Shown here: one piece after another, positions 21,225 to 31,203 of the stretch
Position numbering within the stretch: the first letter of the stretch is position 1
Layout of the letters: each line of letters begins with the position of its first letter
From: Prasinococcaceae sp. CCMP 1430
Taxonomy: Eukaryota; Plantae; Prasinodermophyta
Length of the DNA stretch: 64,000 nucleotides
Direction of reading: 5' to 3'
NCBI GenBank assembly: GCA_013416795.1
Contig: RQSC01000016.1
Span: 29,757-93,756 of the forward strand
Made by a program: the position numbers and the translations under genes
Notes under the pieces: model-generated
Told to the model about the DNA's origin: nothing
Database searches by the model: none
Seen by the model: the letters and a program-made list of their open reading frames with translations, nothing else

Positions 21225-23021
21225 ATGGGCAAGGGCGACCACGCGGAGCTCGTCGCACAGGCAGACACGCGCGAGGCAGAGGTGCGCTCGATCTTCAAGA
21301 AATATGACATCGACCAGTCGGACACCATCGAGGAGGACGAACTCATGGCGCTGCTGGACGACCTCGGCCTGCTCGACGGCATCGAGGATCGCGTGAGCTT
21401 CGTCATCAACGCCTTCGACTTCGCCGACGAGAACCACGATGGACTGATCTCCTTCGAAGAGTTCAAGACGTTCTACAAGTGCGCGAAAGACGCGGCGGCG
21501 GGCAAACCCGTCGACGGTTGGAGCACCTCCCAGGACACGGCGAAGAAGAAGAAGGGTGGCATCAAGGGCAAAGACGTAAAGGCGCTCTCCCCCGAGATCG
21601 AACAGGCTCGCAAGGCAGCCGAGAGAGAGCGGCTGCGTAAGAAGTCCGAGCAGGCGAACAGGATTGCTCAGGAGAATCGCGAGCTGGGTGACAGGCTGAA
21701 GGCGAACATGAAGGGCCGCGACTCAAAGGCCCTCTCTGCGGAGATAGACAACGCGCGCCGCGAGGCCGCACTGCGTCGCAAGGAGGCTAAGGCCGACCGC
21801 GAACGCATGATCAGGGAAGAGAACAAGCGCATGAGGGAGCGCGTCAAAAAGACCACGGCCAAGGACGAGAAGGGTCTGTCCGCAGAGACGCTTTCCGCTC
21901 GCAAGGAAGCGCGAAGGCGATCATCTGAGCTCAACGAGGCGCACGCAGCCACGCTCGCAGAGGGCAACAGGGCCATGCTGTCCAGGATCGCCAGCGCCAG
22001 CGGGAGAGACGAGAAGGGCCTCTCTCCGCAGACGCTCTCCGCCCGCAAGGTGGCGCGAAGGCGGTCATTTGAGCTCAACGAGGCGCATGCAGCCACGCTC
22101 GCAGAGGGCAACAGGGCCATGCTGTCCAGGATCGCCAGCGCCAGCGGGAGAGACGAGAAGGGCCTCTCCGCGGCGACACTCGCCGCGAGAAAGCGCGTCG
22201 CGAAAGAGTCGGTCGATGCCAAGGCAGCGTACGAGAAGGCACTGCGCGCCGAGAACCGTCAGATGGCCTATGTCCTCGCAAACACTGAGGGCAGGGACGA
22301 GAAGGGCCTTTCCGCGGAGACCTTGGCGGCGCGTAGAAAGGTCGCTGCGGAGTCCAAGGCGGCGGCCGCCGCCCACGAGGAGGCGCTGCGCAAGGAAAAT
22401 GCGGCCATGGCCGTCCTCCTCTCGAAGGTGGAAGGCAAGGATGTCAAGGGTCTCAGCGCGGAAACGCTCGCGGCACGCAAGAGGATCGCCCAGGAGAGCG
22501 CCGATGCCAAGGCCGCCTATGAAGAAAAACTCGCCGCAGAAAACTTCATTCTCGCGAACAAGCTCGATGGCGCGACCGGTCGCGACGAGAAGGGTCTCTC
22601 GGCCAGGACCCTCGCAATGCGCAAGCAAGTGGCCGCCGAGTCTGCCGCCGCCAAGGCGGCGTACGAAGATGCGCTCGCCGCAGAGAACAAGCAAATGCAC
22701 GACATCTTGTCCAACGTCGAGGGCAAGGACGAGAAGGGTTTGTCCGCGGAGGTACTCGCAGCGCGCAAGGAGATCGCCGAGTACTCAGCGGCGGCCAAAG
22801 CCGCGCACCAGATGGCACTTCGAGACGAGAATGCCGCCATGGCTGAGTTGCTTGCAAACACAGAGGGACGCGATGAGAAGGGCCTCTCCGCGGAGACCTT
22901 GGCTGCGCGCAGGCGAATCGCTGAGGAGAAGGCGGCTGCCAAAGCAGCGTACGAAGCTGCACTCGCCGCAGAGAACAGGGCTATAGCCGATCACCTCGCG
23001 GGCACAGGTGCTTTTTACTGA
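21225..23021 (+). CDS. EF-hand pair protein with ten tandem ~48-aa helical repeats
   Basis: EF loops DIDQSDTIEEDEL and DENHDGLISFEEF, followed by repeats beginning G[RK]D[EV]K[GA]LS. Single long ORF. Confidence 0.85.
   Translation: MGKGDHAELVAQADTREAEVRSIFKKYDIDQSDTIEEDELMALLDDLGLLDGIEDRVSFVINAFDFADENHDGLISFEEFKTFYKCAKDAAAGKPVDGWSTSQDTAKKKKGGIKGKDVKALSPEIEQARKAAERERLRKKSEQANRIAQENRELGDRLKANMKGRDSKALSAEIDNARREAALRRKEAKADRERMIREENKRMRERVKKTTAKDEKGLSAETLSARKEARRRSSELNEAHAATLAEGNRAMLSRIASASGRDEKGLSPQTLSARKVARRRSFELNEAHAATLAEGNRAMLSRIASASGRDEKGLSAATLAARKRVAKESVDAKAAYEKALRAENRQMAYVLANTEGRDEKGLSAETLAARRKVAAESKAAAAAHEEALRKENAAMAVLLSKVEGKDVKGLSAETLAARKRIAQESADAKAAYEEKLAAENFILANKLDGATGRDEKGLSARTLAMRKQVAAESAAAKAAYEDALAAENKQMHDILSNVEGKDEKGLSAEVLAARKEIAEYSAAAKAAHQMALRDENAAMAELLANTEGRDEKGLSAETLAARRRIAEEKAAAKAAYEAALAAENRAIADHLAGTGAFY
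21567..23009 (+). repeat. Coding tandem repeat, 10 x ~144 bp
   Basis: Consensus GRDEKGLSAETLAARKxxAxESxxAKAAYExALxxENxxMxxxLxNxE. Units 3 and 4 are near-identical at DNA level with a 144-nt offset (21926 vs 22070). Confidence 0.9.
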
Positions 23022-23208
23022 CTTCCGAGCGTAGGAGCCAAGATGCTCACAGAGGTACGGCGATGCGTCCCCAGGCTCGTCTCTACCGTACGTGCGCTCG
23101 CACACACAGCGGAGACTGCCGTCCACACCTAGCTGCACTAGACAAGCGCATCGAATCCAGTTTGTTAGTATTAGTTTAATAAGGGGGCACCCTCTCACAT
23201 GCACGTTA

Positions 23209-25176
23209 TCAGCTATCAGCTGGTGCTCCACGTGCAGTCGTACCATTTGCGCGGCAGGTGCGTGCCATGCAAGATGCCTCCAGCGCCATAACCGCTCGGA
23301 TCGAGGTTGCCGTACGGATCACCGCTCCCGAAGGGATCAAACCTGGACAGAGACCCACCCAATCCAGCGTCAGAGAGACAACACAGACAAGCACAAAAAC
23401 AGGCGAAGATAGACCCCTCTCGTCGAGCATCCGCAGCCCGCACCTGTGCGCTCGGTCGAGTCCCATCGAGACCATAGAGTTTCCTAGGCCCGGTGGCGGG
23501 CGTCTGCGCCGGGAGGGGAGCCGAGGTCGCGGGCACGGTGGCGCCAGCAGCAGCTCAGCACAGTCGCGCGCGTCGAGCGGGTGCTCTGCCTCGAAACTGA
23601 ACCAGCTGCCTTCCGTCGCCCCCATTGAGGACGTTCCGAGGCTGACGTCATCGGAATCGCGCTCGTCCCACAAACTGACGCCCTCTTTCGCTTCGCCTCG
23701 CGAACCATCGTCCGCAACCCCTGTGCCTTTCGTTGTTTCGGCTGCGCCGCGCCAAAGGACGGCGTCGCGGCATGCGCCACATGCACCCGCCGCGCCGACT
23801 GCCACCGCTGCCAACCAGCTGGGGGACCAGCCGGGTATCCATGCGGGCCGGTCACCACGCCGCATCCCCGCACTCTTATTTCGCCGCCGGGTGGTCACGC
23901 TGGACGCGAGCGCCAACACCTGCGCCACGACGAAAAGGCCCAGCGCCAGCGTCATGATGAGCGTCGCAAGCGCAGCGAGGGGCAGCAGCCAGCCCTCTGC
24001 GCACGCGAACACCAAAATCTTGTACGGCCAGCCCAGTTGGTACATGCGTGCCAGCAGTGCATAGAGCAGCGTTCCATAGGCAGTCGAACCGCAGCCGAGG
24101 AAGCCCAAGAAAAAGCGCTGATTGCCTGCGCCGATGCAGGTCCCCATGGCGCCGCAGTGGTGGTCGAGGCGCCGCACGCACACGTTGCAGTCGCGGCAGT
24201 GCGCTGCGTGCGGCGGCCGCCACACGTTGCACGCCGCGCAGTATTTGTGCACCTCAACCGCGCCGTCGCGACCGCGTACACACCTTACGATGTCGCCCGA
24301 GGCATCGCGGCGGAAGTTGGCGCACTCGGACGGCAAGGGAGTCTCCACCCCACCGCCACCTTCTCCCGCACCCATCTTGTCGGCGCCGTCGTTGCCACCG
24401 CCGCTGCCCCTCCAGGTGTAGTACCTGTCGCCTGAGTCCAGAGAGTGCGCCACAAATGCTCGTACGGCCGGGTCGACGTCCTCGTTGGGCGTGATCACGC
24501 CGGGATCGGAGACGTACACCGCCGTCTGCAACGCCATGGCGGCGCCGAGAGCAGCCGTGAAAACGCTGCGCACCCCCTGGGCGACGTGCGCATAACCATG
24601 TGGAAAAACGGACGCAGTCGCGATCACGTACGCAAAGCAGTGGCACGCCATAAGCGCGGCCCACGCGTAGGGCGTGTCCGTCCAACGCTCCTCCCAAAGC
24701 CAAGGCTCGCGCGAATCGCGCGTGCCCACTTCGCTCGCGGTGCTGGCGCTCGCGCCGCAGGCCCCGCCACTCGAGCCCTCAGGGCGCGCCCCCCCGCTCT
24801 TTCCGCCGCCCGCGGCGCCGACTTCGGCGCGCTCGGTGCCCGTGTCACCCCCATCTTGCTTGCGCTCACTCGAGCGTGCGCCACAGCTGCCTTCGTCCTC
24901 GTCAGTGGGCGCGACTGCCCGCAGCACGCGGTTGGCGTCGAGGGGTGGCGCATGCGCGCCGCTCGCGCCCCAGCCCGCAAGCGCCGAGGCCGCTCCTGGA
25001 AGTAGCGGTGCAGTCGAGAACGGCGACCCCGCGAGGCACGCTCCGCATCCCCAGCGGATCGCGGGGGGTAGCGACGCCAGCGCCGCTCCGCCGCCAGAGA
25101 GCAGCCGCGAGAGCGGCGGCGCGCGTGGCCCGCGGTCGCCCAGTGGCGACCGCAGCGAGAACGGCCCGCCTCCCAT
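23209..25176 (-). CDS. DHHC-type protein S-acyltransferase (start approximate)
   Basis: KYCAACNVWRPPHAAHCRDCNVCVRRLDHHCGAMGTCIGAGNQRFF with flanking TM helices. Confidence 0.88.
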   Translation of the reverse strand: MGGGPFSLRSPLGDRGPRAPPLSRLLSGGGAALASLPPAIRWGCGACLAGSPFSTAPLLPGAASALAGWGASGAHAPPLDANRVLRAVAPTDEDEGSCGARSSERKQDGGDTGTERAEVGAAGGGKSGGARPEGSSGGACGASASTASEVGTRDSREPWLWEERWTDTPYAWAALMACHCFAYVIATASVFPHGYAHVAQGVRSVFTAALGAAMALQTAVYVSDPGVITPNEDVDPAVRAFVAHSLDSGDRYYTWRGSGGGNDGADKMGAGEGGGGVETPLPSECANFRRDASGDIVRCVRGRDGAVEVHKYCAACNVWRPPHAAHCRDCNVCVRRLDHHCGAMGTCIGAGNQRFFLGFLGCGSTAYGTLLYALLARMYQLGWPYKILVFACAEGWLLPLAALATLIMTLALGLFVVAQVLALASSVTTRRRNKSAGMRRGDRPAWIPGWSPSWLAAVAVGAAGACGACRDAVLWRGAAETTKGTGVADDGSRGEAKEGVSLWDERDSDDVSLGTSSMGATEGSWFSFEAEHPLDARDCAELLLAPPCPRPRLPSRRRRPPPGLGNSMVSMGLDRAHRCGLRMLDERGLSSPVFVLVCVVSLTLDWVGLCPGLIPSGAVIRTATSIRAVMALEASCMARTCRANGTTARGAPADS

Positions 25177-25698
25177 GCACCGCCGCGCCGCGCCGCGCCC
25201 CGCCTCCGAGGACCGACGGGGGGAGGACGGATCAATCGGCGAGGGAGCAGGCCCCCGGCGCGCTCGAGCCCCGCCCCTCCTCGCCACCTCGAGCGGTGGA
25301 AGGGAGGGGTGGAGCAGGCAGCGCCCGCCGGGGGACGGCGACGCGCTGGCGCGCGCGCGCTGTGGCGCCGAAGTGTACTTACAGTAGGCACGTTTGGGTT
25401 GCGAGCGCTTCGATCGATCGAACCGAACGAGCCAACCAACCAACCAACCTTTTCAAGAAGTGAAACGGGTGTCTCCTGTTTAGGGTTAATTTGAACGGGT
25501 TTGGAAATGGACTCACCCGTGTGCACCGCACCGCACCGTGTGACATCACATTGCACTCCCTTCTTTGGAGCGCGTCCGCATTCGAAATTCGTTTTGACCT
25601 CCTCTCATCAGATGCTCCTCCTTGATGGGTGCTGGCGGGGCGCGCGAGTGCGCCACAGCGCCCTCAACCCCCCCCCGCCCCCCCATCCGGGCGGCGCG

Positions 25699-27459
25699 AT
25701 GGGTGGGCGCAGGAAGGGCGGCGGCGCGGCGGCGCGGCGGCACGCCAAGGCGGTGGGCGGCGGCGCGCGACGCGGGCGCGCGGCGCAGCTGTCCGACTCG
25801 GACGCGGTGCCGTGGGGCTCGGACAGTGGGGACTCGCTCGACAGCGAGGACGCGCGAGACTACATCGCCAACTTGCAAGCGGAGATGGTCGCTGACGCCA
25901 AGTGCGATGCGGCCACCGCGGGCGACAGTGCCGAGGCGCCCCGACTGTCCACCGGCGCCGCTGATGCGCCGCTAGAAGTGGTTGACGTGGCCGGCCTCGA
26001 GCACGCGGCGTACGAAGATGCTCTCGATGCCATGGCGATGGAGCTCGCCGGCCTCGGCGGCAGCGAAAGCAGCACCGGCAGCGACACCGGCAGCGACACC
26101 GGCAGCGACAGCGACGTCGAGGCTTCGATCACATGCCGGAAGGACGGGGGGAGAGACGCGGCCAGCCGCAGCGCGCGCGACCGCTTCATGGATGACATCG
26201 CGGAGCCAAGCTACGTTGGCACCGGGCCGGGCTTCCGCGACGGGAGAACGCGGCGCCGCGGCAAGCGGGCGGCAAGCGAGCTTCGCGAAGTGCGTGCGGG
26301 CAGGCAGAAGTCGTCGAAGTGGAAGGGGCGCGACCCGGACGAGCCCACAAAAAAGGAGCTGCGCCGCGCGCGCATCGCCGACAAGCGCATGGCCCGCGCC
26401 AGAGGGCGCGGGTTCGACGTAGAGCGCGTGGCAGAGGCCCTCGCGGGCTTCGTCGAGGCAGAGGGCGACATTCACGCCTTCGAGCCCATGTGCAACGCCG
26501 CGCGGCGCCAGGTGCACATCTTGGCAGCCGCCTTCGGCCTGCAGAGCACCTCCCAGGGGAGCGGGAAGAAACGCTTCAGCGTGATCTCGCGTACGCGCCA
26601 CACGCGCGTCCTCGGGCGTGAGGAGCTCGAGTCCGTCCTCGCCACGCTCAAGGCGTCGGCCTACGACGAAATCGCGCCCCTCGTGCGGCCCAAGGGCGCT
26701 AAGCCAACCAAGGCCGAGCGCCGGCAGATGCAGGTGCAGATGCAGGTGCAGGCGAGCCGGCAGCGCGTCGTGCTTCGCGACGCGCACGCAGAAGGCGGCA
26801 CGGGCAGCTCGGGCAAGGGCAAGGGCAAGAGAGGGAAGGCTGTGCAGCGCAGCCTCATGGCTGAGGGCCCAGCGCCCGTTTTCGTGTCAGCGGGCGTGCA
26901 GGGCGGTGAGGAGGATGAGCTGGAGGGCCCCGCTGCGGACACGGGCAATGGCGTCGGCGCGGAGGGCGAGCAGGACTGCGGCGCGCCGAGCATCGGCGGG
27001 GCGGGGAGTGCGGATGCGCTGCAAGTCGGCGTGTCCGAAGCTTGCGCGCACGGCGGGGCGGATGCCGACATGCAGGAAGGTGATGCGGGTGCAGACACGC
27101 GCAGTGACGGCGGCAGCGGCGGCGACAGCGCATGTGCAGATGCGGGTGCAGACACCACGCGCATGATGGGCGGCGGCCCCGCCCTAGGGGGTGGAGCGCC
27201 TGGGGGCGACATCGATGTCAAGTGGCTCGGACTTGGGGCGGGGCCGTCGTCGGCGCAGACTGGCAAGGCCAAGGCGTCTGTGTCGACGCCCTCGAGGGAC
27301 TTTGGCGCTTTCGAACGTCACGGTACAGGTTTCGGCTCGCGCATGCTCGAGAAAATGGGGTGGAAGGCGGGTGAGGGCGTGGGCAAGAAGCGCGACGGCA
27401 TCGCCGAGCCTGTCAAAGCTCTGCGGCGGCAGAAGAGCATGGGTCTGGGCTTTGAGTAG
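25699..27459 (+). CDS. R3H + G-patch protein (Sqs1-like RNA-processing factor)
   Basis: R3H-like FEPMCNAARRQVHILAAAFGLQSTSQGSGKKR; C-terminal G-patch GFGSRMLEKMGWKAGEGVGKKRDGIAEPV…GLGF. Confidence 0.85.
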   Translation: MGGRRKGGGAAARRHAKAVGGGARRGRAAQLSDSDAVPWGSDSGDSLDSEDARDYIANLQAEMVADAKCDAATAGDSAEAPRLSTGAADAPLEVVDVAGLEHAAYEDALDAMAMELAGLGGSESSTGSDTGSDTGSDSDVEASITCRKDGGRDAASRSARDRFMDDIAEPSYVGTGPGFRDGRTRRRGKRAASELREVRAGRQKSSKWKGRDPDEPTKKELRRARIADKRMARARGRGFDVERVAEALAGFVEAEGDIHAFEPMCNAARRQVHILAAAFGLQSTSQGSGKKRFSVISRTRHTRVLGREELESVLATLKASAYDEIAPLVRPKGAKPTKAERRQMQVQMQVQASRQRVVLRDAHAEGGTGSSGKGKGKRGKAVQRSLMAEGPAPVFVSAGVQGGEEDELEGPAADTGNGVGAEGEQDCGAPSIGGAGSADALQVGVSEACAHGGADADMQEGDAGADTRSDGGSGGDSACADAGADTTRMMGGGPALGGGAPGGDIDVKWLGLGAGPSSAQTGKAKASVSTPSRDFGAFERHGTGFGSRMLEKMGWKAGEGVGKKRDGIAEPVKALRRQKSMGLGFE

Positions 27460-27476
27460 TATATTGTGCTTGGGCT

Positions 27477-30389
27477 TTACGACTTCAGCTTCAGCATCAT
27501 GCCGCGCAGCTCCTCGGTCGTAGGCGATAGCATGGAACGGCTGCGGTAGCTCGTGCGCAGCGCCTTCGAGAGCTCCTCCCAGCGTTCGGGCAGCAGCTCG
27601 CAGGCCGCTGCCCAGACGCGCCCCACTGCAGGCGAGTTCTCGGTGCCCAGGTGGCCAGTGATCTTGGCCTTGAGAGCCCTCACCGCCTTGTCAGGCGGCA
27701 TGGGCATTTTGAGAGAGCGCTCGGCTTCCTCCTTAGAGAAACCTGCCGCGAGAGGCACCTCGTCGGCGGATATTGTGCGAGCGACAGCCTCAAGCTTGCC
27801 GAGGAACTCAAGCGGCTTCCCAAAATTTTTCCCGATGAGGGCCATGAGATACTCCTCGCGCTGCTCTGTGGCGCGCGCCTTGGCCTGCGACCGCGCCTCT
27901 GTCGCAGCCGCTGCCCCTGCTGCCGCAGCGCGGCCGAGTGCTTGAGCCAACGCGCGATAGCTCTCCGCACGCAAAAGCGCCCCGCGCTTGTCTGTCTTCT
28001 CGCGACTAGCTGCACCCTCGGTGGCCTCTGTGAACGCCGTCATGAGCAGGTGCACCGACATGTCGGCCACGTCGAAGGCCTCCGCGGTCACCGAGTCGTC
28101 GACCGTGTCAACAGCTGCCACGCTCACCGCCAGCTTTTCCGCCTCCTGCCGCTGCTCTTCGACCTCGGCGATCGCCTTGCCGGTCGTCGTGGCGAGAGAA
28201 GTGAGCGGCTCGACGAGCCTACCTCCACCACCCTCAGCGGCCGCGATGGGCTCGCAAAGCGTCTTGATGTGCCCGACGAACGCATCGCGCAGCATATCTG
28301 TGCAGCTCTTCAGGGTGGGTACCATGTGCTGGTGCAGCCCGCCGTACACCCGCCATGCCTCAGTCGCTGCCATCGCTGCCAGCGCGCCTGCCGGGCTCGC
28401 GCTGCCGACCCACCTGGCAAGGCCAAGGATGGGGCCGAGCGCACGTGTGGACATCTCAGTGCACGCGTCGTCGAGCGCGGTGGTCTCAGTATTGGCGATG
28501 CCGTCCGCCTCTGGCAGCGTCGTCTTTGTGGCGAAGGCCTCGTGCAGGAAGTCGCTCTCCGTCTGGAGAAATGGCAGGAGCCTGCGCAACCCCTCGGCAT
28601 ATGCCTGGGTGGGACTCATTCCCGCATCGGCACTACGCAGGCCGCGGCAGAGCATGTCGGCTTCTTCTTCGAGCAGCTCGCTTGCCTTGATCGCATAGTG
28701 CATGCGAAGGCGCACGCGAGGGCCGAGCATATGCCGGCTGGCGGGCGGGCTGGGGCTATCGTCGTCACTTTCCAGCGATCGCCTCGCCTTCGACACAAGC
28801 CCGTGTAGGCAGTCCGCCTCGGGCACAACCAGCAGGTGTTCGCGCACGCGCATGTGCAGCCGCTCGTGGTCAGGCATTGGATTCCAACGTGGGTGAGTAC
28901 CGCGTGTGTTTGAGACGCAGTGCGTGAGCTCCTCTGAGACTGCCCCCTCCGCGCGCCGGATGAACGTTTCACCGGCCTGCACCAGCTCCTGCACACGCGA
29001 TGCCACCATCAGTGGCAAGCCATGCCGAAGCCGCAGCGGTGCGGGTAGGTCGCGCCCCTCCACGAGGGAATCTAACGCATCCCCGAACTCTGCGGCTGCG
29101 CGCGCGGCCATCGGTGCACCCTCGCCGGTGAGAGCACACGACGCGATGGCCCGCTCCGCGTACTCAGAGGAGTGCAGCACGGCTACCAGATGCTCGCATG
29201 AGGCAAGCAGGCGAGTATGTGCGCGCGCGGTCATTTCCAGCTCGTTGTTGCGCTCTTCGATGGCTGTTATGTCTGCACGCATGGCTGTCATGTGCGCGTT
29301 GAGCGCCTCCAGCCACGAGTCTGTCTCGTCCAGCCTAGTGGCCGCCGCGTCGATGGAACGCAGCACGGAGGCGATTGCCTGCTTGGACTCGAGGATGGCG
29401 TGCACATTGGCGCCCTCAATGGCCTGCAGCTCATCCTCGAGACGCTGCTTAAATGCGGCGACCTCGAAATGCCTTCCCCCATCCTCGCCGCCGCCTTCCG
29501 CACAGCGTGCTCCGTTGCCGGGATCGCCGCCGCCCGGGCCATCACCGTGCTCCCCACCGCCGCCGTCAAAGTACTCATCGAGGAGCAGGCCAAGGTCGAG
29601 CTCCTCCGCCTCGGTCAGATTAAGCACTTGTTCGGGCTCCTTCGTGTCTAATGTCCCGCTCCTGCGCTGGTGCTTGGGCCCGACAGTGCCGGGCAGGGCC
29701 GCCGCGCTATCGCCCTGCGCGTCCCGCTCGTTCTGTGCCGCTCTGCTGCTTTGCCTGTCTCGCTGCTGCTGGGTGGTCGTGGCGTGGTGCGAAGGCGTGC
29801 GCGCGAGCGTTGCTGCATCGGCGCCGACTAGCTTGGGCAATGGTCTGCCGCGTGCTGATGCGTGTGCCTGCGTTGCGCGCCACAGCGCGCCTAGCCAGGC
29901 GTCTCGCGCTTCCGTCGAGCCACAAGCGTACGCCATCACGACTGTGCCACGCACGGGGCCTTCGTCGATGCCCAGCGAGAACCCGTTTCGCACGCCGCCA
30001 TTTGCGAGCGCCTCCACGCGCACGAGCGTCTTTAGCTTGTACGTGCGCCCAACGACCCACGCGGAGCCCTCGCCCGCGGCCGCTGCCTCCACCGACGCCC
30101 CCTCGCGCAGCTTGAGCACGTGCAGCCGCTCCTTGCCGCGCCGCTCGCCGCTCGCAGACTCGCTCACGCAGAGTAGCCGCACGCTGCCGAGCTCCTCGGC
30201 GCCCTCCACGCCGGCGCTGGACGAGCCGAAGTGCGAGACGACGAGTTTGCGGCACACGACGGCGGCGGCGATGGCCCCGCCGGTGTCTGCCTTACCCAGC
30301 GCAGCAGCTGACCGAAGCGCTGCGGCGGCGGCAATCTCCGCAGCAGCCGCGCCTGCGCCAGCGCCGGTGACCGCGCCGCCAGCCGCCAT
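27477..30389 (-). CDS. SEC3: Exocyst subunit Sec3/EXOC1
   Basis: N-terminal PH-like lipid-binding region (…RTYKLKTLVRVE…), then the Sec3 signature FKQRLEDELQAIEGANVHAILES and a coiled coil 'LEALNAHMTAMRADITAIEERNNELE', followed by a helical C-terminus. One long ORF. Confidence 0.8.
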   Translation of the reverse strand: MAAGGAVTGAGAGAAAAEIAAAAALRSAAALGKADTGGAIAAAVVCRKLVVSHFGSSSAGVEGAEELGSVRLLCVSESASGERRGKERLHVLKLREGASVEAAAAGEGSAWVVGRTYKLKTLVRVEALANGGVRNGFSLGIDEGPVRGTVVMAYACGSTEARDAWLGALWRATQAHASARGRPLPKLVGADAATLARTPSHHATTTQQQRDRQSSRAAQNERDAQGDSAAALPGTVGPKHQRRSGTLDTKEPEQVLNLTEAEELDLGLLLDEYFDGGGGEHGDGPGGGDPGNGARCAEGGGEDGGRHFEVAAFKQRLEDELQAIEGANVHAILESKQAIASVLRSIDAAATRLDETDSWLEALNAHMTAMRADITAIEERNNELEMTARAHTRLLASCEHLVAVLHSSEYAERAIASCALTGEGAPMAARAAAEFGDALDSLVEGRDLPAPLRLRHGLPLMVASRVQELVQAGETFIRRAEGAVSEELTHCVSNTRGTHPRWNPMPDHERLHMRVREHLLVVPEADCLHGLVSKARRSLESDDDSPSPPASRHMLGPRVRLRMHYAIKASELLEEEADMLCRGLRSADAGMSPTQAYAEGLRRLLPFLQTESDFLHEAFATKTTLPEADGIANTETTALDDACTEMSTRALGPILGLARWVGSASPAGALAAMAATEAWRVYGGLHQHMVPTLKSCTDMLRDAFVGHIKTLCEPIAAAEGGGGRLVEPLTSLATTTGKAIAEVEEQRQEAEKLAVSVAAVDTVDDSVTAEAFDVADMSVHLLMTAFTEATEGAASREKTDKRGALLRAESYRALAQALGRAAAAGAAAATEARSQAKARATEQREEYLMALIGKNFGKPLEFLGKLEAVARTISADEVPLAAGFSKEEAERSLKMPMPPDKAVRALKAKITGHLGTENSPAVGRVWAAACELLPERWEELSKALRTSYRSRSMLSPTTEELRGMMLKLKS

Positions 30390-31203
30390 AGCCCGCGAAA
30401 CCGCACGCCACGGAGTGTCACACCCTTGGCGTGGATGCGCCGCCCTCCGACTCCCTCTCCCTCTCCCTCTCTGCTCACCTCGTCGCCAGCGCTGGAAAAC
30501 TCGCTCGAGGGGCGGCGGCACCGCTCCGCCGCGAGAGCGGCCGCCACACGCGAGCGCAGGCGCGAGGGTGAACGGGCGGGGGCGCGCGAGAGGGGGCCGC
30601 CCCGGCGGCGACGCCGCCCGGGTTCGATGAATTGTACTTTACACGTTGAGGACGCCGCCCTTCCTCGCCGCGCCGCCGCCTGCACCTGCGGATGTTGGCG
30701 CTGCTCAGACAGCGCAAACCAAACAAAAAAAATCATCAGAACGCATTTGCGTGTGCCTTTTCCAAGAAACAGTTTAAAACCCATTGAGAAACGACGGAAA
30801 CGTACCCAATATGGCGGAATTCCGAGCGGACGAGCGAGCGAGCGAGGCGAGCGGGGCGCCGACAGGTGGTGTGCCGCCGCCCGCAGCGCCCGAGGCCACA
30901 CAGCGCGCGCGGGGCGCGGGGGGAGTGGCGGCGGAGGAGGAGGCGCGTGGGGGAGTGGAGAGGGCCAAGGCGGAGGGGAGGGGGAATAGAGCACGGGCGG
31001 GAACCCGCGCCGCCCAGCTGTGCAGCGGCGTTCCGCGCGAGGCGAGATTGCGTCGCACGGAAGGGGCCGGGGTGGGGCAGGGACTGAGAGGGACACGGGG
31101 GAGGGGGGCAGGGCTACCGCGGATGGCGCACGGCGCGAGCGATGCTCGCGTGTAGGGCGCGAACCTCGGCTCCGCGAGGGCGCGCTCGCGGGTGCGCGAC
31201 GCC

